A stretch of 63,417 bases of DNA, filler included. It is 5 parts of 5 records of this genome, joined end to end, with 100 filler letters (N's around TTAATTAATTAA, not from the genome) between each part and the next. Parts side by side here need not be neighbours in the genome. Positions count along the whole stretch, not along the records: positions 1 to 21,597 come from SRR2962707_497; 4 more parts are not named here. One strand, written 5' to 3'. The position numbers and the translations under genes were made by a program. Positions 10,476 through 20,237 of the stretch are shown piece by piece (position 1 is the stretch's first letter; every line of letters begins with the position of its first letter). Below the pieces are notes generated by a model that did not search any database, was not told where the DNA came from, and worked only from the letters and a program-made list of their open reading frames with translations.

Positions 10476-10940
10476 TCATTTGGGCCAGTCTACAATATAA
10501 TCTTCCATGTCTTCGACATCGCGTTCCGACACGATCCGTCCGAACACCGATATGCCTGCCTCGATCACCGTATCCGTGGTCCCCGATACAAGAGGATGCC
10601 ACCATGGCAATGTCTTGCCTTCAGCCAGCAGCCGGTAAGCACAGGTCGTTGGCAACCACGGAATTTTGCCGACGTTCTGGGGTGTCAGGCGACGGCAGTC
10701 GGGAACGAAACGCTGACGATCTTCATAGCTGGTACAGCGGCACGTGTCGAGATCGAGCAGGCGGCAGGCGGCATTCGTGTAGAGAATCTCACCCGTGTCT
10801 TCATGCTCAAGCTTGTTGAGGCAGCATTTACCGCATCCATCACAGAGAGATTCCCACTCCGGTCCGGTCATTTCGGTCAGTGATTTGCGCTGCCAGAACG
10901 GAACCTCGCCCTTGGTGCCTCGCTTTTTACCTAACGCCAT
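10476..10940 (-). CDS. ycgN: YcgN/UPF0260 cysteine-cluster protein
   Basis: EWESLCDGCGKCC, WLPTTCAYR, WHPLVSG. Confidence 0.9.
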   Translation of the reverse strand: MALGKKRGTKGEVPFWQRKSLTEMTGPEWESLCDGCGKCCLNKLEHEDTGEILYTNAACRLLDLDTCRCTSYEDRQRFVPDCRRLTPQNVGKIPWLPTTCAYRLLAEGKTLPWWHPLVSGTTDTVIEAGISVFGRIVSERDVEDMEDYIVDWPK

Positions 10941-10967
10941 GTTCCGGTCCCAGCATATCCAGTTTCA

Positions 10968-12320
10968 TCAGGCCTGATCGATCAGGTGAATGAACGAACC
11001 GACAACCCGGCGATCCGCAAGCCCGGTATCGCCCAGTTCCTGACCGCGTGCATCTTCAGCGCGAAACAATGGCAGTCCCGGCCCCTCTTCGACAATCGTC
11101 GCAAAATGGAATTCATGGCCGCGAAAGCGGGTTCGGGCGCCGCCGAGCGGCCCGGCCTTGGCAAGGGTGACGCGGCGATAGCCGATGTGCAGGCGTTTCG
11201 TCGCAAAGCTCGTTTCAAGCGGCAGCAAGCCGGCCATCGGATGGCGGCGGCCGTCTGCATCGGTCAGGCCATGTCCCAGCACCATGTACCCGCCGCATTC
11301 GCCGAAGATCGGCTTCGACGCTTCGGCGGCCTGTTGCAGACCGTCCATGAAATCCCAGTTTGCAGAGATTCGCCCGGCATGCAGTTCCGGATATCCGCCC
11401 GGCAGATAGATCGCATCCGCCTTCGGATCCGGGGCTTCATTGGTGAGGGGCGAGAAGAAACTGATTTCCGAACCGGCGCTGCGCCAGCCTTCGAGCACCG
11501 CCGGATAGGCAAATGCAAAAGCATCGTCGCGGGCAACGGCGATACGCTGCCCAAGCGGCGGAATCAGAAACGGCGCATCTGATTTGGGGCGGACCGGCCA
11601 TGGCCGCATGGCCCGCCGCATGGCGGTGATATCCAGATGCTCGCCGATCCAGTCAGCGGCCTTGTCGAGAAACGCCTCAAGATTTTTGTGTTCGCGCGCC
11701 TGCACCAGACCAAGGTGACGTGACGGCATTTCAAGGCTCTCATTGCGGGGTAGTGCGCCATAGATTTCAAGGTCCGGAGCGATACGCTTCATCGCGTCTT
11801 TAAGGATGTCGACATGACGCGCACCGCCGACCCGGTTGAAAATGACACCGGCCACATCGACGCCCTTGCGGTGCTCGGCAAACCCTTTGGCCAGAACCGC
11901 TGCGCTCGCCGCCTGTTTCGAAGCGTCGATCACCAGCACCACCGGCCAGCCGGTTATTTCCGCTAACGCTGCTGTTGAGCCGTCATGGACGTCGTCGCTC
12001 GGCACCGCGCCATCGAACAGTCCCATGACGCCTTCACAGATGATATCGTCGGCCTTGGCGGCCATGTCGCCGGCAAGCTCAGCCAGTGTTTCCGGCCGCA
12101 TCGCCCAGGGATCAAGATTGCGGCACGGCCTGTTGGTCGCCGCGGTATGAAAGGCCGGATCGATATAATCGGGTCCCGTCTTGGCAGAAATCACATCGAT
12201 CCCGGTTTCCCGGAGATGCCGCAATAGGCCAAGGGTAATCAGTGTTTTTCCAGCACCCGAAGACGGTGCGGCTATGATCAGGCCGCTGCCGGGCACGCCT
12301 GATAATCTGCGCGCCGTCAC
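10968..12320 (-). CDS. cobB: Cobyrinate a,c-diamide synthase
   Basis: SSGAGKT, GPDYIDP, EGVMGLFDG, PSRHLGL, GGYPEL, GECGGYM, GHEFH. Confidence 0.96.
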   Translation of the reverse strand: MTARRLSGVPGSGLIIAAPSSGAGKTLITLGLLRHLRETGIDVISAKTGPDYIDPAFHTAATNRPCRNLDPWAMRPETLAELAGDMAAKADDIICEGVMGLFDGAVPSDDVHDGSTAALAEITGWPVVLVIDASKQAASAAVLAKGFAEHRKGVDVAGVIFNRVGGARHVDILKDAMKRIAPDLEIYGALPRNESLEMPSRHLGLVQAREHKNLEAFLDKAADWIGEHLDITAMRRAMRPWPVRPKSDAPFLIPPLGQRIAVARDDAFAFAYPAVLEGWRSAGSEISFFSPLTNEAPDPKADAIYLPGGYPELHAGRISANWDFMDGLQQAAEASKPIFGECGGYMVLGHGLTDADGRRHPMAGLLPLETSFATKRLHIGYRRVTLAKAGPLGGARTRFRGHEFHFATIVEEGPGLPLFRAEDARGQELGDTGLADRRVVGSFIHLIDQA

Positions 12321-13045
12321 AGAAGCTTCCCGATCCTCTCGGCCATCGCCTGAGGGTCGGTACCGTGCGAGAAATGCGTTACCAGCTTCCCGTCCGGCCC
12401 GATGAAATAGATGATCGAGGTATGGTCGACGAGATAATCCAGAGGGTCGTCGCCTGTCGGTTCGTGTTTGCGGTAATAGACCCGGTATTCACGTGCGACC
12501 GACTTGATCTGCTCTTCGGTTCCGGTCAGCCCGACCGTCTTCGGATGGAAAAAGGAAACATATTCCTTCAGATGTTCCGGTGTATCGCGAGCCGGATCGA
12601 CGCTGATGAAGACGGGTGTGATTTTGTCGGCTTTCTCCGCCGGCAGCATATCCATGACACTTGCGATATCGCTCAACGCGGTCGGGCACACATCCGGGCA
12701 ATAGGTATATCCGAAGAAGACCAGCATGTATTTGCCGAGGAAGTCTTTGTCCGTGACCGTCTGGCCTTCATCATTGACCAGTGTAAACGGACCTCCGACC
12801 GAAGGACCACTGCTGGAAGACGCACTGCTTCCGGATTCGCCGCCCCGCTTGGCAAAATACTCGGTTCCGGCCAGAACGATAACGAAGGACACGACAACGA
12901 TCCCGATCAGCAACAAAAGAAGCTTGCCGCCGGACTTTTTCTTCGGCGGAGACTTGGGGGCTTCGGGTTCGACCGGATCCAGCACATTCGGCATTTCTGG
13001 CGAAGTTTGATCCGTGGATTCCGGTTTCTTTTTTTCGTCGGACAT
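12317..13045 (-). CDS. SCO1/SenC family metal chaperone, membrane anchored
   Basis: TM segment, VGGPFTL, FFGYTYCPDVCP (CxxxC), VDPARD, VDHTS; stop overlaps the cobB GTG. Confidence 0.93.
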   Translation of the reverse strand: MSDEKKKPESTDQTSPEMPNVLDPVEPEAPKSPPKKKSGGKLLLLLIGIVVVSFVIVLAGTEYFAKRGGESGSSASSSSGPSVGGPFTLVNDEGQTVTDKDFLGKYMLVFFGYTYCPDVCPTALSDIASVMDMLPAEKADKITPVFISVDPARDTPEHLKEYVSFFHPKTVGLTGTEEQIKSVAREYRVYYRKHEPTGDDPLDYLVDHTSIIYFIGPDGKLVTHFSHGTDPQAMAERIGKLL

Positions 13046-13161
13046 TTCACTTCCAATCCGTGTCATCACGCCGCCAATCATACGAGGATGCACCACATCA
13101 TCAAGCCCGCTCACACGTCGCGGTCATTGGCGACAGCCCCGGTTCGGCTTACACTCCGGCC

Positions 13162-14280
13162 ATGACAACGCAGAAATCCGTCTCAACACCAGCCCGCAGA
13201 CCGGAAGGCGAATTACGCCGCGGCTGGACCACCGGCACCTGCGCCGCCGCAGGCGCCGCGGCAGCATATCGCGCGCTGTTGAGCGGCGATGCGCAAACCA
13301 CTGTCACCGTCCGCCTGCCGAAAGGTGAGGCCCCGACATTTTCTCTCAGCCGCTGCGAAAAACTCAATGACGGATGGCAGGCCGGCGTCATCAAGGACGC
13401 GGGCGATGATCCCGACGTCACCCACGGTGCCGAGGTGATCAGCCATGTCCGGCGGATCGAACCGGGGAGCGGAATTGTCTTCAGGGCCGGCGACGGGGTC
13501 GGCACCGTCACGTTGGCCGGATTGCCGGTCCCGGTCGGTGAGCCGGCCATCAATCCAGGCCCCCGCGCCATCATTACCGATGCCGTTACCGCCGTGGCCG
13601 AGGAAATGGATGTCACCAGCGATCTTGAGATCACGGTTTCAATCCCCGGCGGGCAGGCGCTGGCCGAAAAAACCATGAACCCGCGTCTGGGAATCAAGGG
13701 GGGGTTAAGTATTCTGGGGACGACCGGCATCGTCATTCCCTATTCCTGTGCGTCTTGGATCAATTCCATTCATCGTGGAATCGACGTTGCCCGCCTGCAG
13801 GGGATCACGCATCTGATTGCCTCGACCGGTTCCACCTCTGAATCCGCCGCCATGCGGGATCATCCCGACCTGCCGGAACAGGCCTTCATCGATATGGGTG
13901 ATTTCGCAGGCGGACTTTTGAAGTACCTGCGCCGCCATCCGGCCCCGAAACTGACTCTGGCCGGCGGTGTCGCCAAACTGGCCAAGCTCGGGCAGGGTCA
14001 TCTGGACCTGCATTCCAAGCGCTCGTCGCTCGACATGAACAGACTGGCCGAGACCGCTGCTTCTAAGGGCGCGGACCCGGCGCTGGCCGGGAAAATCAGG
14101 CAGGCCAATACGGCAATGGAAGCTCAGACACTATGTGCCGAAGCCGGCATACAACTGGCCGACGCCATCGCCCTCAATGCACGGGAAACCGCCATGGCGT
14201 CGCTCGGCGGTGAAACCGACGTACAGGTCATCGTCTATGACCGGAACGGGGTGCGGGTAGGCAGCACGGAAAATGTCTGA
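13162..14280 (+). CDS. cbiD: Cobalt-precorrin-5B C1-methyltransferase
   Basis: LRRGWTTGTCA, KDAGDDPDVTHG, PAINPGPR, LGIKGGLSILGTTG; ATG 13162. Confidence 0.96.
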   Translation: MTTQKSVSTPARRPEGELRRGWTTGTCAAAGAAAAYRALLSGDAQTTVTVRLPKGEAPTFSLSRCEKLNDGWQAGVIKDAGDDPDVTHGAEVISHVRRIEPGSGIVFRAGDGVGTVTLAGLPVPVGEPAINPGPRAIITDAVTAVAEEMDVTSDLEITVSIPGGQALAEKTMNPRLGIKGGLSILGTTGIVIPYSCASWINSIHRGIDVARLQGITHLIASTGSTSESAAMRDHPDLPEQAFIDMGDFAGGLLKYLRRHPAPKLTLAGGVAKLAKLGQGHLDLHSKRSSLDMNRLAETAASKGADPALAGKIRQANTAMEAQTLCAEAGIQLADAIALNARETAMASLGGETDVQVIVYDRNGVRVGSTENV

Positions 14281-15022
14281 GCGGACCATCGTCATACTCG
14301 GCGGCACGGCAGACGCCAGGAAGCTTGCCGATGCACTCGTCGATACACATGCCGATTGGCGCATCATCACCTCACTGGCCGGCCGCACGAAAAACCCGAA
14401 ACTCCCGCAGGGCGAGATTCGAGACGGCGGCTTCGGCGGTGCCGACGGCCTTGCCGCCTATCTGCGCGAGACCGGTGCCGACCTGCTGATCGACGCCACC
14501 CATCCTTATGCCGCACAAATCACAGCGCATGCCTGTGAAGCCTGCAAGGCCACAGACATTCCCCGCCTTGTCCTTGATCGCCCGGCATGGACGGCTGAGC
14601 CCGGGGACCGCTGGGTTCATGTCCGGAGCATCGGCGACGCCGCCCGCGAGATTTCCAGAAAATCCGATGCCTGCCTGATTACCACCGGCGTCAATGATCT
14701 TGAGGTGTTTTCACCGATCCTCACCACGAAACTGTTCGTGCGCCTAATCGAAAAGCCGGCGGACATAGCGCTGGCCGGTGCTGAAATCGTCATCGGGACC
14801 CCACCCTATAAAAAGGATGAGGAAATCACCCTGATGCGTCTTCTCGGGATTGATCTGCTGATCACCAAGAATGCCGGAGGGGCCGCGACCTATGCCAAGA
14901 TCGAGGCGGCGCGGGCGCTCGGGATCGAAGTGATCATGATCGACCGGCCCGCCCTGCCGGAAAGCGATGTGGTGACAAGCGTTGAAGACGCCCTGACAAG
15001 GGTCGCCGACGTCCTGGCTTAG
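14273..15022 (+). CDS. cobK: (Cobalt-)precorrin-6A reductase
   Basis: ILGGT, SLAGRT, GGFGGADGL, IDATHPYA, TKNAGG; overlaps the cbiD end. Confidence 0.95.
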   Translation: MSERTIVILGGTADARKLADALVDTHADWRIITSLAGRTKNPKLPQGEIRDGGFGGADGLAAYLRETGADLLIDATHPYAAQITAHACEACKATDIPRLVLDRPAWTAEPGDRWVHVRSIGDAAREISRKSDACLITTGVNDLEVFSPILTTKLFVRLIEKPADIALAGAEIVIGTPPYKKDEEITLMRLLGIDLLITKNAGGAATYAKIEAARALGIEVIMIDRPALPESDVVTSVEDALTRVADVLA

Positions 15023-16359
15023 CTGGAAACGTCCGGGTGCTGCGTGCGGTCGCGCGGCAGGAACTGCTCTTCAATCATGAAGGCGGCCACGGCATCGCGG
15101 GCTTCCTCCAGACTGATCCCGTGTTCGGCAATGGTTTCGGCGGCTTCGGCAACGATTTCATCAACTTCCTGCATCGCCTTCAGCCGCTTGAACATGTCGT
15201 CGCGGCGGATGCCCATACTTTCGCCGATCAGGTCCATGTAGTTGACGATTTCAAACGGCCATTCAGTTTCGTGCGAAGATATCTCGCGGTGATCCGCATG
15301 AAACACGCTGCACAATGTCGTCACGCCGGAATCTTCCGCCGCACGCAGAACCCCGGAAATGGTTTCCGTAAGGTAATCCGGCATGGTGATCAGGGATGAC
15401 ATCTGATAGCCCGCCCGGTCGATCCCCAGATCGATCAGTTCAAGCCCCGGTATCGCCCGCAAAAGATCATGCACCGCTTCACTGACGCCGCGTGCACCCG
15501 GAAACTCGAACAGCGCGACTTTCTTGTTTACGGGCCGGGTCATCAGTTTCTTCATGTCATCGAGACGGCGTGCCATGTAGGCCGGGAACATGTTGATGTC
15601 GAACATCGGCCCGTCGGCACTTTCCACCGATGGCAGCGCGATCTCGCCGAACTGGATATGACAGGTCGGGCACCACGCCAGAACTTCAGCAGCGCCGGTT
15701 TCGTGAAAACGCTGGATGGTGCTGAGCGCCTGCCGGCCGGCGTTTTCCGTATCACCGGGGCGGAACTGCAAAACCCCGCAACAGTTACCGGGGCCGCCAT
15801 AGACCTCATAGGTCGCGCCAAGTCTGTCCAGCACATCGAGACACAAAAGACCAATGTGCGGCGTCCTCAACAGATTGCAGCCGGTATAGAACACCAGATC
15901 GGGGGCAGTTTTAGGTGCCGGTCTTTTTGCCGGCGGGTTCAGACGCGCCAGGACATCGAGCGGCATCTGCAACCGTGACAGCATCCGAACACCCTTGCTC
16001 ATCAACTGGAAAGACTGCCGCCCTGCATCGCGGCGATCCGCCGTTTCGCCCTGCTCGTTCAGGTGTCGCCGGGCCATGGTCAGCATGAACCGGGGATTGA
16101 TACCCTCGGCGCAGACATCGATGCACTTCCCCGTGCCGCAACATTTCAGCGCCCAGACTTCGGCGTCCGGCGCATGCACCTCACCCTTGAGGATATCGAT
16201 CACACCGCCGGCAAGATCTTCCGGGGACGCATCGCCAATCCCCGCCAGCGCAGGCGTCGGGCACACCTCGGCGCATTTCCCACACATCGTGCAGGCATCG
16301 ACGATATCGTCAACGCGGCGGTCAAGATCGGCAATCAGGGTTTGAACGGTTGTGCGCAT
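15019..16359 (-). CDS. Fe-S oxidoreductase (two 4Fe-4S motifs + CCG/heterodisulfide-reductase-like domain)
   Basis: CTMCGKCAEVCP, CCGTGKCIDVC, YTGC...NCCG...CPTC; second CCG domain is Cys-poor. Confidence 0.8.
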   Translation of the reverse strand: MRTTVQTLIADLDRRVDDIVDACTMCGKCAEVCPTPALAGIGDASPEDLAGGVIDILKGEVHAPDAEVWALKCCGTGKCIDVCAEGINPRFMLTMARRHLNEQGETADRRDAGRQSFQLMSKGVRMLSRLQMPLDVLARLNPPAKRPAPKTAPDLVFYTGCNLLRTPHIGLLCLDVLDRLGATYEVYGGPGNCCGVLQFRPGDTENAGRQALSTIQRFHETGAAEVLAWCPTCHIQFGEIALPSVESADGPMFDINMFPAYMARRLDDMKKLMTRPVNKKVALFEFPGARGVSEAVHDLLRAIPGLELIDLGIDRAGYQMSSLITMPDYLTETISGVLRAAEDSGVTTLCSVFHADHREISSHETEWPFEIVNYMDLIGESMGIRRDDMFKRLKAMQEVDEIVAEAAETIAEHGISLEEARDAVAAFMIEEQFLPRDRTQHPDVSS

Positions 16360-16377
16360 ATCTGTCTCCGTCCCATT

Positions 16378-16406
16378 ACGCTAGGGATGACGGATAAATG
16401 CGTCAA
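16378..16406 (-). promoter_or_regulatory. Candidate sigma70 promoter for the Fe-S gene
   Basis: Minus strand TTGACG-N17-TAGCGT. Confidence 0.4.
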
Positions 16407-16437
16407 TCAAGGCATTGTAACGGCAACATTTCTGGTT

Positions 16438-17199
16438 TTATACGCTGCGCGGTCTGAGGACGTGATGATGGTCTTCCGCATAAAGCCGGGAATCTTCGAA
16501 CGTCTCCGGCCCCATCACGCGACCGACCATGATCAGGGCCGTGCGGGTAATCCCGGCGGCTTTCACCTTGTCGCGAATATCGCCAAGCGTGCCCTCGATG
16601 AACATTTCATCCGGCCACGTGACCCGGTATGCGACGACCACCGGGCAATCGGCACCGTAGTGCGGGATAAGTGTCTTCTGAACATGCGCCAGATTATTGA
16701 CGGACAGGTGGATCGCCAGCGTGGCCCCGCTTTTACCGAGCGTGTCGAGGTCTTCGCCGTTCGGCATGGAGGACGAGCGGACGGCGGTGCGTGTGAGGAT
16801 CACGGTCTGCGCCACGTCGGGCAGCGTCAATTCCTTTTTCAGGGCCGCCGATACCGCGGCATAGGCGGAAACACCCGGCGTCACGTCATAATTGATCCCC
16901 AGCGCATCGAGCCGACGCATCTGTTCGGCGACGGCCCCATACAGCGACGGATCGCCCGAGTGCACCCTTGCCACGTCATGGCCGGCGGCATCGGCTTTCT
17001 GCATTTCATCGATGATCTGGTCCAGGTGCATCGGTGCCGTATCCATCACCAGCGCATCGGCACCGGCCTCGGCGATGATGGCTTCCGGCACCAGCGATCC
17101 CGCATAAAGCACGACCGGGGCCTGCTGTATGAGCTTCAGGCCACGGATCGTAATAAGATCAGCCGCCCCCGGCCCGGCCCCGATGAAATGAACGGTCAT
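16438..17199 (-). CDS. cobM: Precorrin-4 C11-methyltransferase
   Basis: FIGAGPGAADLIT.RG, YAGSLV, RVHSGDPS.YGA, QTVILTR, SRLY. Confidence 0.96.
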   Translation of the reverse strand: MTVHFIGAGPGAADLITIRGLKLIQQAPVVLYAGSLVPEAIIAEAGADALVMDTAPMHLDQIIDEMQKADAAGHDVARVHSGDPSLYGAVAEQMRRLDALGINYDVTPGVSAYAAVSAALKKELTLPDVAQTVILTRTAVRSSSMPNGEDLDTLGKSGATLAIHLSVNNLAHVQKTLIPHYGADCPVVVAYRVTWPDEMFIEGTLGDIRDKVKAAGITRTALIMVGRVMGPETFEDSRLYAEDHHHVLRPRSV

Positions 17200-17708
17200 T
17201 GTCCTTTGATAACCCCTTCGAGGACATCCAGAATCAGATCGGTGCCCTTTTGTACCAGAAGCACATCGTCATCAACGATGACGCGCTCCACATTCTTCGG
17301 CAGATCGCCGAGTTTGTTTTCAAGGTCCGGCGGCAAATCGCCCTTCATCAGGCCCGGCGGCAGCTGGTTACCCCGCTTGGCCAGTCCCGGCGGTAACTGG
17401 TCCCGCTTGGCGAGACCCGGCGGCAGACCGTTGCCACGTCCCTTGCCCTTGGCGCCCTTGTCCTTGGTGCCCTTGTCCTTGCCTTTTTTAGCGCTTTTAT
17501 CCTTTTCGTCGTCATCGTCAGCGGGTTTCGCCCCGGGAACACGGTCATAGTATTCCTCGATGACCCGTTTCTCGGCTTCCTTGAAGACGATATCGGCAAT
17601 ATCACCGATGACACCGCCGCTTCCTGTCCCCTGAGACGGCGGCGTTGATTGTGCATGTGCTTGTGTAACCGTGAAGACGCCCAGCAGGGCCAGCAGTAAA
17701 AATTTCAT
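17196..17708 (-). CDS. Exported protein with LPPGL repeats and RcnB-like C-terminus
   Basis: Signal peptide MKFLLLALLGVFTVTQAHA, Lys/Gly-rich linker, LPPGLAKR x2, LPPGL and LPPDL, then ERVIVDDDVLLV..GT.LILDVL; GGAGG RBS; stop overlaps the cobM ATG. Confidence 0.75.
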   Translation of the reverse strand: MKFLLLALLGVFTVTQAHAQSTPPSQGTGSGGVIGDIADIVFKEAEKRVIEEYYDRVPGAKPADDDDEKDKSAKKGKDKGTKDKGAKGKGRGNGLPPGLAKRDQLPPGLAKRGNQLPPGLMKGDLPPDLENKLGDLPKNVERVIVDDDVLLVQKGTDLILDVLEGVIKGQ

Positions 17709-17727
17709 GTCGTTTCCTCCGGCTCTG

Positions 17728-19533
17728 TTATTCGGACCGCTTGGCGGCATAGCCGCGCGGCGTGTACATCCATTCCCGCATGCCACGCCGGATATGACGT
17801 GACGCGCTTGAGCCGACCAGAACCAGTGTCAGCATGTCGACCATATCAACTTCCAGCTCGGATAAAGTGATTATTCGCACATTCTCGTCCGTCCGCCCAA
17901 GATTCCGCGCCAGAACGACAGGAACGTCTTCGGGACGGTGTTGCAGCAGTATTTCCTTTGCCGCCGCAAGCTGCGTCCGGCGCCGTTTGGAGACCGGGTT
18001 ATAGAACGCGACCGTAAAATCACCCATGGCTGCCGCTTCGATACGCTTTTCGATCACCGCCCAGGGCGTCAGCAGATCGGACAGCGAAATCAGCGCGAAG
18101 TCGTGACCGAGCGGCGCACCGATTCGCGCCGCAGCCGCCTGCACGGCGGAAATCCCGGGGCTGACCCGAACCGCAATCCTGTTGAACGCCGGATCGTCAT
18201 CACGGTCCAGCACTTCGAAAGCAAGGGCCGCCATGGCATAGATCCCGGCATCCCCGGAACTGACCAGCGCCACCTCGCGTCCCTCGGCAGCCAGTTCGAT
18301 GGCGCGGCGGACGCGGGCTTCTTCTTCGGAAAGTTCGGACATATGACGCTGCTTTCCGGCAATGGCACCATCCAGCAGATCAAGATACAGGCCGTACCCG
18401 ACAACATCCGTTGCCTCGGACAACCAGGCGCTGACTTCGGGCGTGCGCCATGAAGCCTGACCGGGACCGATCCCGACGATCGACAGACGGCCCCGGGCAC
18501 AGCCCAGCGAAGCGGCGTCAATCGGCAGCGGGGCGCGGGCGACGGCACAGGTGGCGCGTGCCGACTTGCGCTTGGTGACAATCAGATCGCCTCTGGGCCC
18601 GGCGGCGGCGAGCGCGGCACCTTCACTGACCCCGTGGCAGCCGACTTCCGCAAAAACCACATCGGACGGATTGGCCAGTCGTGGCGTCTGATCTTCCAGT
18701 GTTGCCGCATCAAAGAACCGCGCCGGCACATTCAGGTTTTCCGCCAGCGCCAGCACCGCCGGTTCATCGGATTTAAGATCAAGCGAAATCACACAGGCCA
18801 CGGCGCCGGCAGACAGGCCTGCTTCCGACAGCGTTTCAGCGACAAGGTCCGCCAGTTCCCCGGGGGCGCAGTTTCGCTCGCAGCCGACACCGAGCGCGAG
18901 CACCTGCGGCTGCAGGACAAGCGTCTGGTCATCTGCCGTGAACGTCGCATCCGTCAGCCGAATGCCGACCGCGGCGTTATCATCCGTGTGCGGCACCACC
19001 AGCCAGTCGGGCATCGCCACATGCGGATCAAGTTCAAGCCTTACCGGGTCATCGTTCAGCATGGCCGCCATCACGGCCTTGGCCGGGGCCGGGTCGGCAA
19101 TACGCCAACCGGCGGGCGGATCATCCAGGCCGAACCCGAGACCGACATCCCCTGCCGTGGTGATTGCAGGCGCGATGTCGAGTGCGGCCCCGATCTTCCG
19201 TGCAAGACGGTTTGCGCCGCGATGACCACCCAGCACCGGCACAATGGCAGACCCGTCATCGGCGAGAGCCAGCATCGGCGGCTCGGTGCGTTTGTCGGCC
19301 AGAACCGGCGCCACGGCACGGACCAGGATACCAGCCGCACAGATACCGATCACCGCCCGCCCGCTGTCGAACAGGGACCGGATGTGCGTGATCGTGTCGT
19401 TGAAAGCCAGGTCCGGCGCAGACGTACGATGCGCAAGACCATGCACTTCGGCACCCGGCAGAACCGGCTGCAGACGCCGCGCCAGTTTTTCGCCGGCTTC
19501 CGTCAGGGTAATGAAAACAGGGGTTCCGCTCAT
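17728..19533 (-). CDS. cobJ: CbiG-CobJ(CbiH) fusion: cobalt-precorrin-5A hydrolase / precorrin-3B C17-methyltransferase
   Basis: CbiG motifs (AAGILVR, LGGHRGAN, LGVGCER, GCHGVSEGAAL) then VGIGPG, SSGDAGIY, SLSDLLTPW, YNPVS, YTPRGY. Confidence 0.94.
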   Translation of the reverse strand: MSGTPVFITLTEAGEKLARRLQPVLPGAEVHGLAHRTSAPDLAFNDTITHIRSLFDSGRAVIGICAAGILVRAVAPVLADKRTEPPMLALADDGSAIVPVLGGHRGANRLARKIGAALDIAPAITTAGDVGLGFGLDDPPAGWRIADPAPAKAVMAAMLNDDPVRLELDPHVAMPDWLVVPHTDDNAAVGIRLTDATFTADDQTLVLQPQVLALGVGCERNCAPGELADLVAETLSEAGLSAGAVACVISLDLKSDEPAVLALAENLNVPARFFDAATLEDQTPRLANPSDVVFAEVGCHGVSEGAALAAAGPRGDLIVTKRKSARATCAVARAPLPIDAASLGCARGRLSIVGIGPGQASWRTPEVSAWLSEATDVVGYGLYLDLLDGAIAGKQRHMSELSEEEARVRRAIELAAEGREVALVSSGDAGIYAMAALAFEVLDRDDDPAFNRIAVRVSPGISAVQAAAARIGAPLGHDFALISLSDLLTPWAVIEKRIEAAAMGDFTVAFYNPVSKRRRTQLAAAKEILLQHRPEDVPVVLARNLGRTDENVRIITLSELEVDMVDMLTLVLVGSSASRHIRRGMREWMYTPRGYAAKRSE

Positions 19534-20237
19534 GCGTCCACAACCTCGGCCCGGCGTGCCAGGATCATCGAGAAATAAGGAGCCCGCGTCGCTTCGAGTT
19601 CGCTCAAGGGCATGATCTTCTCATCTGCCAGCGTCGCACGTTCGACATAGACGGCGCTTTCGAGACGCCCCAGCCGGGCGAGTACGGTACGCACCTTCTC
19701 CAGGTGACGTCCGACTTTCATGATGGCGACGGCGTCGGCGGCATCGATCCGGGCTTCCAGATCAGCTTCGTCCAACGGCGCCGGAACGATGGACAGCACC
19801 TGATTGCGCGACACCAGCGGCTGTCCGGCCCGGGCCGCACAGGCGCCGAGGGACGAAACGCCCGGCACGACCTCGCTTGCGAAATCCTGCGCCAGACGTC
19901 CGAACAGATACATGAAAGAGCCGTAGAGAAACGGATCACCCTCGCACAGGACCGCGACGTCCCGCCCGGCATTCAGGTGTTCGGCGATTTCGACGGCGTA
20001 TCTGTCGTAGACATCATTGGCCGGAAACTTGCCCGGGATCATCGGCGTTTCGATGACGATCTCCGTCTTGCCTTCGGGAATATGCGGCTGGGCAATGGCC
20101 CGCGCCATGCTCGCGGTGCCGTCCGCCGGCGCCGGATAGGCGATGACGTCCGCCTCCGAGATCAGGCGCACGGCCTTGAGGGTCAGCAGCTCCGGGTCCC
20201 CGGGCCCGACGCCGATACCGTAAAGCCGTCCGCTCAT
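19530..20237 (-). CDS. cobI: Precorrin-2 C20-methyltransferase
   Basis: LYGIGVGPGDPELLTLKA, EGDPFLYGS, PYFSMI; ATGA coupling to both neighbours. Confidence 0.95.
   Translation of the reverse strand: MSGRLYGIGVGPGDPELLTLKAVRLISEADVIAYPAPADGTASMARAIAQPHIPEGKTEIVIETPMIPGKFPANDVYDRYAVEIAEHLNAGRDVAVLCEGDPFLYGSFMYLFGRLAQDFASEVVPGVSSLGACAARAGQPLVSRNQVLSIVPAPLDEADLEARIDAADAVAIMKVGRHLEKVRTVLARLGRLESAVYVERATLADEKIMPLSELEATRAPYFSMILARRAEVVDA

Noticed and set aside
16063-17550. 495-aa plus-strand ORF, and similar long antisense ORFs (126-992, 21761-22795, 41613-43085, 55898-56989)
   Set aside because: Shadows of well-supported genes on the opposite strand
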